Source: the human T2T-CHM13v2.0 reference genome, Homo sapiens
Reading direction: 5' to 3' (one strand)
Length of the DNA stretch: 64,000 nt
Assembly (NCBI RefSeq): GCF_009914755.1
Contig: NC_060934.1
Made by a program: the position numbers and the translations under genes. This document shows, piece after piece, positions 27,296-39,700 of the stretch. Every line of letters starts with the position of its first letter. The first letter of the stretch is position 1. The notes beneath the pieces are model-generated. The model did not search any database. It saw nothing but the letters and a program-made list of their open reading frames with translations, and was not told the origin of the DNA.

Positions 27296-28669
27296 TTCAT
27301 TTGTTATAGAAAATAGTTTTAGTTGTATAGATGCGTTATTAAAAATCACTGTGTCTTAAGCTTGTTGTAACTACCAGTGATGCATATATTCCTACAACTT
27401 CTGCCAAATAACCTTTAAGAAAAAGCCAACAGGCAAATCATATTTACTTTCCTGAGTGACCTCAATCAACCTTCATGTTTTCTTCTCCTGATGTTTTGTC
27501 AATTCCTACATTCATCATACAAACATCTCTCACGTGACCCTGGTATGTACTGCATTCATGGCTAATTTTCAGGTATTTTGATATTCTTTAGAGCAAAGAA
27601 TACATGAATAAGATGGAAAGGCAAGAGCCTGTCAGGCAAAAACACAGAAGTCTACTCAGGAACCCACAGCCTCCATGGCTTCTTTGCTGGGTAATTGAAT
27701 GTGTAAAAGATGGCTTAAGAGCTTGGATTCCATGAAAGGGGATTTTCTCTCACCCTTAACAAAAGATTTCCATTCATACAATTTTGTTCTAAAGCAAAGC
27801 AGCCCTATGTTTATGAGACAAGCAAAAAAGTGAAGACAAATTGGGAAGAATGGCATCGTCAGTGCTCCAGAGATGTAGGGGGGATGGCATGATGACAATG
27901 AGCCTTCCATCCTTTTGGCAATGTAACCCCATTTACTTTTTTGAAGGAATAAGAACTGTGCCCCACATAAGCACCCACTTCTTTTTCTCTCTACTAAACC
28001 TTTCACCTTGTCTCCTTGCATCTTTCTTTTTTCTGCTTCCAAAATTTTTAGCCTCAAAATCCAAATGGTTCAGAGAAGAATTAGAGGCTGATAAAAGGGA
28101 GCCATGGGGATGAGGTGCAGAGAAGAGACACTGTAGAATCTTGAGTTGTTCCCGCCCTCCTGACATCTTTATTTTGTCATTTCCGTTAACGTCAGATCTC
28201 GTCTATTTTCCCAATTAGGTCTTAGCTTGTACTTGAGATTCTCTTCTGAAAAGGTTACAGTGCACTTGCGTATTAAGGAGTTTAAATGATCTACACTTCA
28301 GCAAAATGTTCATCTTTAAAAGCGACCCTCTTGTCCTTGGCCTTCATACTAAATCATACTAAACCAAGGTAAGGATTAAAATTCAACTGTTTCCACCAGT
28401 GCTTTCTTTAATGAGAAAAACAAAACTAGGTTTGAAGTGGATTAAATAACTCATTTGATGTCACTCAAGGTGAAGCTGGAACATGAGGCACTCACTAGAA
28501 GCAAGTGCATGTGCTTAGGCTTGAGGCTTCAACTCTTTCAGCATTTGGTGACAGGTTGACCCTGTTGCTCTGTTGACCAGACTAGAAGCTCCCGAATGGC
28601 TCAGACTTGCTATCACTTCTTGTATCAGCAATATACAGGATCACAGGATATGACACCTTAGGGAATATC

Positions 28670-28830
28670 CACAGAGTCCAAACTTTAATGTGTTTGGGAA
28701 TCATCTGGGGAGTTTGCTCTAAATACAGAAAGCCTCCTTCATTAGGTCTGGGAATAGGCAGGGCACACCAGAATTCCAGTGCACAAGTCCTGCATTTGAT
28801 ACTGGTGGAGAAACCCTGTGGAAAGCCCTG
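28670..28830 (+). mobile_element. MER5-type relic
   Basis: GAATCATCTGGGGAGTTTGCT...TAGGTCTGGG. Confidence 0.55.
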
Positions 28831-30779
28831 AATGATAGGATGGCAGTTTTCAGGTACGGATGCACTTCCCCCATCCCACAGCCTCCAATGTAATCAGTGC
28901 CTTAGAAACATTCCACACTCAGGATCAATTTATAAAGAAAACAAACCCAGCAGGAAAAGGAACTTCATGGTATGAACCCTTCCCAGGTTTTAAGCATCAC
29001 TATCACCTTCCTTGCCTCATACTTCTTTACACAGGACTTGACGTATTAGAAGGATATCTTACCCATCTATTTATTTCATCCACACACAGATTCCCTGTCA
29101 GGGCTTCAGAACAGAAGAACTGAACTAATTTTAGTAAATCAAAATGTCATCTCTCAATCTTGCCTCCCAGCCTGGCTTCTTTCAGAAGACTTGGGATGTT
29201 TGAGGGCTGATGAAGGGCAGCAGTCAGCAGCTCCAAAACACATCACAGTGGAAGCCAAACTTTGGGAAGTACCATACCTGCAACCCTGAAGAGATGTAGC
29301 TCAAAAGTGGGCAACCCTCTTGCTTAGGGACTAGAAAATTTCCCAAATGGATGTGATTAGCCATTAAACATTGGACCAGTGACACAATTTATAATTGCAT
29401 AAAAATTCATTTGCAATGTGTTGAATGAGCAAACCCTTCAGCTGTGCTTTATGGTGTGTTGGGACTTCTTGAGGTCTGACTGTGCTACGAAATGTGCCAA
29501 ATGCATGAAATGAACAAAATGCATTCACAATAGGGACCGAGAGGGACAGGCACTCAAATCTTTGCCTGTCACTGACTCACTGTTGGGATGCCCGAGGCTG
29601 TGGGTTCCAATCACCAGCCTTTAGAGTTCTTTCCACAGTGACTCCTGCACTTGATACTTCCTAGGATCAAAAGTACGTCCGTGTGAGGTGGTTTGTTGCA
29701 ATATAATTATTAAACGAAGGGCACACACTTTTTCAAAGCCAATCAAAGTCGCCTCTTGTCTGAGATTTTTCCGGTGTGTTCTTGACAAAAGATCTGAAAG
29801 GAGGAAAAACAAATGTACTGGCTCCTAACCTGCTCACATCTCAGGACAGAGATTCACAGACACCTGGCTGGCTTCTCTACAGCTCCACTTTCATGCACAT
29901 GTGCATGCTCTCTCACTCGCTCGCTCTCTCTCTCTCTCTCAAAAAGAAGGAATCCCTACTGCTCTTTCTGAATAACAGGACGACCTTGATCTAAGGCTCC
30001 ATGGTACTTGTTCCTCTTATGAGAATGACAATCATCCTTTAAACAACATGCCAAAAGATCAAAGATCTGTGTGGCACTTTACTCAAATCAGAATGTCGGT
30101 TCCTGGGGGTATGAAATGCACTTTTCATAATTCCTACTGACAACGCTCTGACTAGATGAGTTTGTCCTCCCCACCCTGGTGGATTTGCTCTAGGGAGAGC
30201 TCCTGGAAGCAGAACGGAGGGACCATATACCTTCTGCTCAATGAAGACAACCCCCACTAAGAGTATCAGGCTTAAGCGCATTTGTCTGCAAGTTGAGCCT
30301 CTCAAAGTGGGATTTCACTAAATCAGTGTTAATCCCATTTACATAATCCAGTACTTGGGGCTTTCTAAAGACTGTGATTTAGTACAAGGCTGCTCTGGGG
30401 TATTAAACGGGACCCCAGTAAAAGGGAACTGTTGATGTCAACATCAGCTTTGGCACCTAAGAGCCTGTTCCTACAGCAAATGGACTTCCTACACACCCAC
30501 TCTTAGGTGGGTTAGCGAGTGAGAAGGATACAGAGGTGATTCATTCTATTGCAGCTCACACACTCAAATGCCTATTAGAAACAAAGGAAAAGGAAATGAG
30601 GGAAGTTGGCCTGTTTGGGACAGTGGTAAACTTGGTAAGGCAGGTCCCATCCAAAAGGATGAGAAGCTATGGAGCTCCATTCAATGCTACCGTGCAAGAT
30701 GGCAGCCCTGAGCTGTCAGACTTTCTAGTTTTTCCAAAGAAAAGCCAGAAATTTGTGTTTTAGGAGAAAGCCACTATAT

Positions 30780-32800
30780 ATTTTTCTTAATCAACTTAAT
30801 GTGATGCATGAATATAGCTTAAAAATCAAAGGCTTATAATAACACTGGTCTTTGACCCCTCCCTCTCCAAACACAATTCCCATTCTCAGTAACTACCACT
30901 TTCAATACTTTTTTCTGGTATTTTCTTCACTATAACTAAACATTATGCTTATGCTGCTCTTAAATTAGTTATTCTAAACATTACCTATTTACTCTCTGCA
31001 TTCACAGAGGTGGAATTTTTTTAGCTCTTATTGCACCCAACCTTCCCAATACAGCCATGCCCCCTTTTGGGTGAGACTTCGCCCGAGGCTCTTCAGCTCT
31101 GCTGCCTCCAGCTGTCACCATGGGGCTTCCCTATACCTTTCTGCTGAGCTGGATCCCTGTCTTCTGGATTCCATGTTTTTCTCAGATGTCATTTTGCTGG
31201 AACATATTTCTGATGACTTCCTAAAATGGCTAGTTAGGAGGTAAATTTTTTGAGGCCTTGCCTGTTTGAAATGTCTTTACTCAACTCCCACACTTGACTG
31301 GGAATTTGGCTGGCATATTTCTGCATTGAAAATGATTTTTCTTTAGAATTTTGAAGGCATCTCTCTATTGACTTTCAGTTTCCAGGTTTGCCATAGAGAA
31401 ATCTGATACCATCTGATTCATGTTCTTTGTGTGTGTCCTGTTTTACTCTCTGCAGACCTTAGGATCTTCTCTTTATGCATAGTGTTCTGATATTGCACGG
31501 TGACAGAGAGAGGTAGAAGTCAGACTACTGGGGTCTAAAATCTGGCAATGTCACTTCTAGTTGTGTGACCTTGGACATATAACTTAACCTCACTAGGCCT
31601 CTGTAAATGAAGATAAATGCCCTTTGTGTAAAGTGGTTGTGCACATTAATGAGATAATACATCAAAGCCCTTAGAACAGTGCTTGACATGTGGTCAGCAA
31701 TAAATGAGCATTTGATTTTGTGACCATTGATACTATCATCTCATTCTTTGTTCCAGCTGGGCCTTCTAGCACAGTGGTTTGTGCCCCTCTTGAATTATCT
31801 TTGATAGCTTCCTCCCTCTATTTTGTCTCTTCTTATTTCTTGTCATTCTTATTAGGCAGATACTGGACTCCTGGATTCTTCCTCCCCTACTCCCATGCTT
31901 TCATAGTTTTCATTTCTTTTTTATTATTTTTCTACTTCCTGAGATATTTCCAGGCCCTTCATTCCCTATTTGATTTCCACTGATTTCATTGATGGCTATT
32001 ATACTTTCCATCTCCAAGAGCTCATTCTATTTCCAGTCATTTCTTTTCCATTCACATGTTGCTCTTGGTTTCTGGATGCAGCATATTCTGTCTTTGAGAA
32101 CAGCAAGTTGACTTTTGTTGACATTGTCTTCTGATTTCTACAGTCACATCTCCTCAAGGTTCCTTTCTTCTATTTATTTGTTTTGTTCTCTCTTTCTTAG
32201 CGGAGAATTTCTACCTCAAAGTTCTGGCCATCCCTGGCTGTTTATTCATATACGAGAGGAAGGTCCTAAAAGGCTGAATGGACCTTCACGCTTATGAGTT
32301 GTCTCTGTTGACTGGTGGGCTTCACCCCAGGTGATCAAGCCAGAGCCCTTTCCATTTCCCTAGGGTAGAATCTTCCAGGGTCCTACCTGGGGGACACAGT
32401 CTAGCTGCAACATTCCAGAGGCAGAGTTGGGGGTAGGAGCTGGGGGTCCCAGGTTCAAGATGCAAACTTCCATTGAACCCCCATGTTTAATCCTGCACCT
32501 CGACTCTGCCTTCTGAAGTCCAATGCTCTCCATTTTAATACCTTTAGAGAATGCACTTTCTAGCTGTCTAGGGGACCAATGGTGCCAGTATCGGCTTCCC
32601 ACCAATCCCACTTGCCACTCTTCCACCTCCTGCCCCTCACATCCTAGGGCCTCCTGGTGCTGTGCCTGTCAGGGCTTTCTGCAGGGCACTTTGGCTGTGT
32701 CTCCCAAGCCTGCCCTCCATAGGCACATTAGGCTGCAGCTTCTTTTGCTCTAAGTCAATTTCCACTCCTCCATCCACTTTCTGTGTCCAGAAAAAAAAAA
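30780..32800 (-). mobile_element. L1MC4-like fragments, with a MIR at ~31505-31745
   Basis: GGTAAATTTTTTGAGGCCTTGCCTGTTTGAAATGTCTTTA...TTTTCTTTAGAATTTTGAAGGCAT. Confidence 0.65.
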
Positions 32801-32999
32801 AAGAAATCCTGGTGTTTAAAGATTGCCAACTAATTCAAATTTTATCATGTTCTTTGGCACAAGTGAAGAACAAAAAATGTGTCAGCAGGTCGCAAGCAGC
32901 CCCTGGTCAGTTGTTAGCTCAGGACAAGGCAGTGATTCTTGAAGTATGGGACACTTCCACCCAATCCCACCCATCGTAAGAATGACTCAAGATGTCAGT

Positions 33000-33125
33000 A
33001 AAGATACAGATTTCTAGACTCTGCCGCAGACCCACCTAAACCAGAAGCCCTGTGAGTAGGGCCCAGGAATCTGCATTTTTAACAAGCTGTCCTGGGAGGT
33101 TTTGATGTGAGTGGCCTGGAATCTG
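33000..33125 (+). mobile_element. MER5-type relic
   Basis: GGGCCCAGGAATCTGCATTTTTAACAAGC. Confidence 0.65.
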
Positions 33126-34189
33126 TCCTATGATGATCAATTCTCCTCAGAGGAGAGTCAACCTGGAGCTGAGCCTGGAGGCCCCATCCTAAGGCCAACA
33201 ACTGCTCACCTGTTCGTAAAAGATGGCCTCCTGATTAGACCTGCTTAGTCTCTGGCCAGCCAGCATTTATGCACTGAGTCTATTTGACACTGGCCTCCCT
33301 GGGTAGTTCTTGTGCACCATGAGCTGTAAGGCATAACCCAGTGATCCTTTGCTTCCATCAAGGCAGACAGTAGGAGGTCTAGTCAATGCTCTGCTTGGCC
33401 CCGCACTGGAAAAGCTTTCAGCAGCAATGAGATAAACGCCATCTTTAGCAGCACCCTTAGAACAGGTGAGTGCATCAACAAGCTCATACCGGAGAGGAAG
33501 GAAGTCTGGATGAACACCACACACACAGCAAGAGGAATGGGCTGTACCAGTTGACAGGAACCCTTAGAGAGTGTGCCGTTGAATTACGATTTCCAAGAGA
33601 AGAGGGCTACAGCAGAAGATGGATGGTGCGATGTAAAACAAATGTTTCTGAGCAACAGAATGCGCCCAAAGCCACCTTAGGACCTCCACCAAGACTGGAA
33701 TCAGAGGGAGGGAGGATTAAAAGGAGACGGAGGATCACTGCCCTGTCTCTTTGGGCTTCCTGGTACCTGGAACAGCCCGGTGGATGAGCCAGCCTGAGGA
33801 CCAGACTTTAGAAGTAGCTCCCAACCAAGGCAGTGCTTCTGAGGACATCTGCAGAGATGGTCAACTAACTTCCCCATAGGACCCCACCATGGCACGAGGG
33901 AATGAGCACGAAGCAGAAGGCCTGGCTCCAGGTGGAAAACCAACTCCTTGACTTCCCTGTAACTCAGCCTCTTCCTCTAGTAAATGGGGTCTCATCACCT
34001 GTTGCAGGGTCTGTGAGCCTTCCCAGGTCTACACCCCGCAACCTTTTCGAGGATGGCTGTCTTTTCTCCCCAGCAGCGTATTTCACTGCGCTGAGGACAC
34101 AGTCTGTCTCCATAACTTCTGCACGCCCAGGACTTAACACCGCGTGGCCTTTAGCAGGTGTTCTATGAATGGTTTTTATTGACATGTTA

Positions 34190-34520
<331 letters not shown>

Positions 34521-36119
34521 TCATAACAGTTAAATGCACATGCCTTTCCATCCAGCAACTCCATGCATTCCAAGATATTTGGAGAGGTTGTTCACACAGC
34601 CTTGATAGTAAAGGTGAAACATTGGAGACCTCCTAAAAGTCAACCAGTAAAAATTGGCCAATTAATTAAGATACGGCCATGCTAGGGAACTCTGTGCCAC
34701 AATCAAAATGAATGAGGTAACTCTCTGTTCTTACTGGGAAGGGTACCCCTATGGTATCATCAGGAGAAGACCATTATTGTTAGTAAATAGACAACTTTGT
34801 TAAAAAATTAAAAGAGTATGTGCCCAATATAATATATGTAAGTTTCTATGCATAGAAAAACTTCTAGAAAAATAGAGATTATCCCCGGAGAATGTAGTTA
34901 ATAGCAAGATGGGTGGTAAAGTAGTATACTTTCATTTTTTTATTAGAATGTTCTGATTTTATAATTTTTTTAAATCCCCAATCCCCTATTAAAATGCAGA
35001 TTTCTATGGGGAAGGGTCATTCCACGCTGCCAGGCAGCAGCTTGGCTGGAACCCAGGTGAGTCATGGAAGTGGGTATTTATTAGGCCAATGTCTGAGAAC
35101 CAGCCCCAGGAGCCTGGGAGCAGCCTGCAATGGAGGGGCTCAGCCACAGAGTCCACTCAGTCTTTTACAGATGGGGAAACTGAGGCCCGGAAGGAAGAAG
35201 GATTTTCACAGGAAAGTAGGGACCAAATCCACATGGCAAGGAGGCTCTGACCAGAGCCATTCCCCACCTGCAGACCAGAGCACAGCAAGAGTCGAACAGC
35301 AGGATTTGTGGAGTGCTGCCCCAGCAGCCTGGACTTCTGTCGTGGATGGACAGTGACACATCTTCAGCCAGTTGCAGTCACGCTGGGTCCTGCCTCTACC
35401 ACAGCATTCACTCTCTCAAGGTGGCTGCCCATGCACAGCATATCAAAACCAATGGACCAAACTGTAAAAGAATTGGCCCAATATCCATCTCATGTTTTCC
35501 CTTCCAGAATGTTGACATTACTTTATATTTTTCAACATCAGAGTGTCTACTAGGTCAGAAGAATTTAAAGCCAGTTACATCTGGGCCGCTTGATACTAGG
35601 GATAAAAGCAGTTTCCATTACATAATGAAATCCTTGGCTTTCCCCATCCAGAGCCACAGCTCCCCTTCTAGTTGATTGAGCTGCTGACTGGCACATGAAT
35701 ACTGTATTTAACTAAAATCAACAAGGACCAGGAGGTATAGGATTTTGCCTGCAATTCCAAGCAATCTGCTGACCTTTCTCTGACACTACTTACTATATTT
35801 TAGTGTCGGAATCAATTGAACGGTGGGTTCTAAAGAGAGCAAGTGAATTCATTTGTGCTTTGGGAAAAGGCAGCCCCAGCGATCCTCATCCATCACTGTT
35901 AGATGGAAGGGGAAATGCCTTAAAGTGGCTCGTTTTCTTTCAACTGCAATATGCCAGCAGAGCACATAAGGATTCTATAACATGCAGCAGTCACTGTGAT
36001 TCATCCTCATAAGGCAGTGTCTGGGCCAAAAGAGAATGTAAATCTCAGAGAATCACCTTCTTCTGCTGAGTAAGTGGATAGGGCCATTTGTCCTCTAGGT
36101 ACCAACCATGTAAGGGGCA

Positions 36120-36138
36120 CAGTGCCCTCTGGTGGTAG
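36120..36138 (-). promoter_or_regulatory. Candidate CTCF site
   Basis: Minus strand CTACCACCAGAGGGCACTG matches the core CCASYAGRKGGCRS exactly; surviving CpGs nearby. Confidence 0.65.
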
Positions 36139-36494
36139 CTGCTTTTTCCTGCGCTGCGCAATTGTACGCTCCTCCTACCTGCCCCATGGAAGAACAAGGC
36201 GGCTCTGTTCAGAGCATCCCATGGCTGGGTGGCTTGGGGAGTGGGGAGGCCCACAAGACTGTATGTGCTGGGTGAACCTCACAGGGCCTGAGGAAGAGAG
36301 TCTGAAATTGACAGTGAAGCAATCAACCTTAAAAAGTATGGCAGAACAGGCCAGTAGGTGCAGGTCTAGCTCCTGTGGGTTGTGCTGAAAAATGGCAACC
36401 AACCATCCAGGCAAGAGGCTCTACAGAGTTCTGATAACCTCCTCTCCAGACCTGCTGAAACAATATGGAGAAATGCCCAGCCAAGAAGAAAGAC

Positions 36495-36760
36495 AGCACT
36501 GCCTGGTGGAAGAACATGGGCTTGGAAGTCAAAGAAGCTGGATGTGGGGCCCAGCTCAGCCACTTGCTGGTTGAGTGACAGAGGACAAGTCATTTACATT
36601 CTACAGTCTGCAAATCCGTTTCTTCATCTGTGAAATGGGAGGGAAGAAATCCTACCTCAAGAGGTCATTATCCAAACAAACAAGACAATCTGCGTAATGG
36701 CTCATGGCAGGGTCTAGCAGAGAACAGGTGGTTGTCAAGTGGCAGCTGTGGCTGAAAGTG
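36495..36760 (+). mobile_element. MIR, near full length
   Basis: GGTGGAAGAACATGGGCTTGGAAGTCA...TTTCTTCATCTGTGAAATGGG. Confidence 0.75.
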
Positions 36761-36793
36761 GGCTGCAATTCAGTGCTCTGTGTTCTATTCCTT

Positions 36794-39700
36794 TTTTGTA
36801 GAATTTATCATTATTATTATTGTTTTATTTTTCCATAAGTTATTGGGGCACAGGTGGTATACTTGGTTACATGAGTAAGTTCTTTAGTGGTGATTTGTGA
36901 GATTTTGGTCCACCTATCACCCAAGTAGTACACACTGCACCACATTTGTATTATTTTATCCCTCACCCCCCCTCACTCTTCCCCCCAGGTCCCCACAGTC
37001 CATTGTATCATTCCTATACCTTTGCGTCCTCATAGCTCAGCTCCCACATATCAGTGAGAACATACAATGTTTGGTTCTCCATTCCTGAATTACTTCACTT
37101 AGAATAATAGTCTCCAATCTCATCCAGGTCACTGCAAATGCTGTTAATTTGTCCCTTTTTATGGCTGAGTAGTATTCCATCATATATATATATATACACA
37201 CACATACATACATACAGTTTCTTTATCCATTTGTTGATTGATGGGCATTTCGGTTGGTTCCACGATTTTACAATTGTGAATTGGGCTGCTATAAACATGT
37301 GTGTGCAAGTATCTTTTTCGTATAATGACTTCTTTTCTTCTGGGTAGATACCCAGTAGTGGCATTCCTGGATTAAAGGGTAGCTCTTTAAGGAATCTCCA
37401 CACTGTTTTCCATAGTAGCTGTACTAGTTTACATTCCCACCAGCAGTGTAGAAGTGTTCCCTGATCACCGCATCTATGCCAACATCCGCTGTTTTTTTTA
37501 TTTTTTGATTATGGCCATTCTTGCAGGAGTAAGGCAGTGTCGCCTGATGGTTTTGATTTGCATTTCCCTGATCATTAGTGATGTTGGGCATTTTTTCATG
37601 TTTGTTGGCCATTTCTACATCTTCTTTTGAGAATTGTCTCTTCATGTCCTTAGTCCACTTTTGGATGGGATTTTTTTTTTCTTACTGAGAAGATTTTCCC
37701 CCACTCTGTGGGTTGTCTGTTTACTCTGCTGACTGTTCCTTTTGCTGTGCAAAAGTTCTTTAGTTTAATTAGGTCCCAGCTATTTATCTTTGTTTTTATT
37801 GCATTTGCTTTTGGGTTCCTGATCATGAAATCCTTGCTTAAGCCAATGTCTAGAAGGGTTTTTCCAATGTTATCTTTAGAATTTTTACAGTTTCAGGTCA
37901 TAGGTTTAAGTCCTTAATCCATCTTGAGTTGATTTTTGTATGAGGATCCAGTTTCATTCTCCTACATGTGGCTAGCCAATTATCCCAGCACCATTTGTTG
38001 AAAATGGTGTCCTTTCCCCACTTTATGTTTTTGTTTGCTTTGTCAAAGATCAGTTGGCTATAAGTATTTGAGCTGATTTTGGGGTTCCCTATTCTGTTCC
38101 ATTGGTCTATGTGCCTATTTTTATACAAGTACCATGCTGTTTTGGTGACTATGACCTTATAGTACAGTTTGAAATCAGGTAGTGTGATGCCTCCAGATTT
38201 GTTCTTTTTGCTTAGTCTTGCTTTGGCTATGCAGGCTCTTTTTTGGTTCCACATGAATTTAGAATTGTTTTTTCTAATTCTGTGAAGATGATGGTGATAT
38301 TTTGATGGGGATTGTACTGAATTTGTAGATTGCTTTTGGCAGTATGGTATTTTCACAATATTGATTCTACCCATCCATGAGCGTGGGATGTGTTTCCATT
38401 TGTTTGTGTCATCTATGATTTTTTTCATCAGTGTTTTGCAGTTTTCTTTGTAGAGGTCTTTTGACTACTTCGTTAGGTATATTACTAAGTATTTATCTAT
38501 TTATTTATTTATTTATTTTTGCAGCTATTGTAAAAGGGGTTGTGTTCTTGATTAGATTCTCCACTTGGTCACTGTTGGTGTACAGAAGAGCTATTAATTT
38601 GTGTATGTTAATCTTATATCCAGAAACTTTGCTGAATTCTTTTATCAGTTCTAGGAGCTTTCTGGAGGAGTCTTTAGGGTTTTCAAGGTAAATGATCATA
38701 TCATCAGCAGAGAGTGACAGTTTGACTTCCTCTTTACCTATTTGGATGCCCTTTATTTATTTCTCTTGTCTGACTGCTCTGGCTATGACTTCCAGTACTG
38801 TGTTAAAGAGGAGTGGTGAGAGTGGTCATCCTTGTCTTGTTCCAGTTTTCAAAGAAAATGCTTTCAACTCTTCCCCGTTCAGTATTATGTTGGCTGTGGG
38901 TTTGTCACAGATGGCTTTTATTACATTAAGGTATGTCCCTTGTATGCCGATTTTGCTGAGAGTTTTCATCATAAATGGATTCAGGTTTTTGTCAAGTGCT
39001 TTTTCTTCATCTATTGAGATAATCATGTAATTTTTGTTTTTAATTCTGTTTATGTGGTGTACCACATTTACTGACTTGCATATGTTAAACCGTCCCTGCA
39101 TCCCTGGCTTGAAACCCACTTGATCATGGTGGATTATCTTTTTGATATGTTGTTGGATTCAGTTAGCTAGTATTTTGTCAAGGATTTTAGCATCTATGTT
39201 CACCAAGGATATCAGTCTGTAGTTTTCTTTTTTGGTTATGTCCTTTCCTGGTTTTGGTATTAGGGTGATGTTGGCTTCAGATAATGAGTTAGGGAGGGTT
39301 CCTTCTTTCTCTACCTGGTGGAATATTGTCAAAAGGATTGGTACCAATTCTTCTTTGAATGTCTGGTAGAATTCTGCTGTGAATCTGTCTGGTCCTGGAC
39401 TTCTTCTTAGTAATTTTTTAATTACCATTTCAATCTCACTTCTTGTTATTGTCTGTTCAGGTTATCTAATTCCTGATTTAAGCTAGGAGGGTTGTATTTT
39501 TCCAGAAATTTATACATCCCTTCTAGGTTTTCTAGTTTATGTACATAAAGGTGTTCACAGTATCCTTGAATAATCTTTTGTATTTCAGTGCTTTCAGTTG
39601 TAATATCTCCTGTTTCTTATTGAGGTTATTTGGATTTTCTCTCTTCTTTTCTTAATCTTGCTAATGGGCTAACAATTTTATTTATCTTTTCAAAGCACAA

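Noticed and set aside
36349-36364. Second CTCF-like motif CCAGTAGGTGCAGG
   Set aside because: It lacks the GGC of the core, so it is a poor match.
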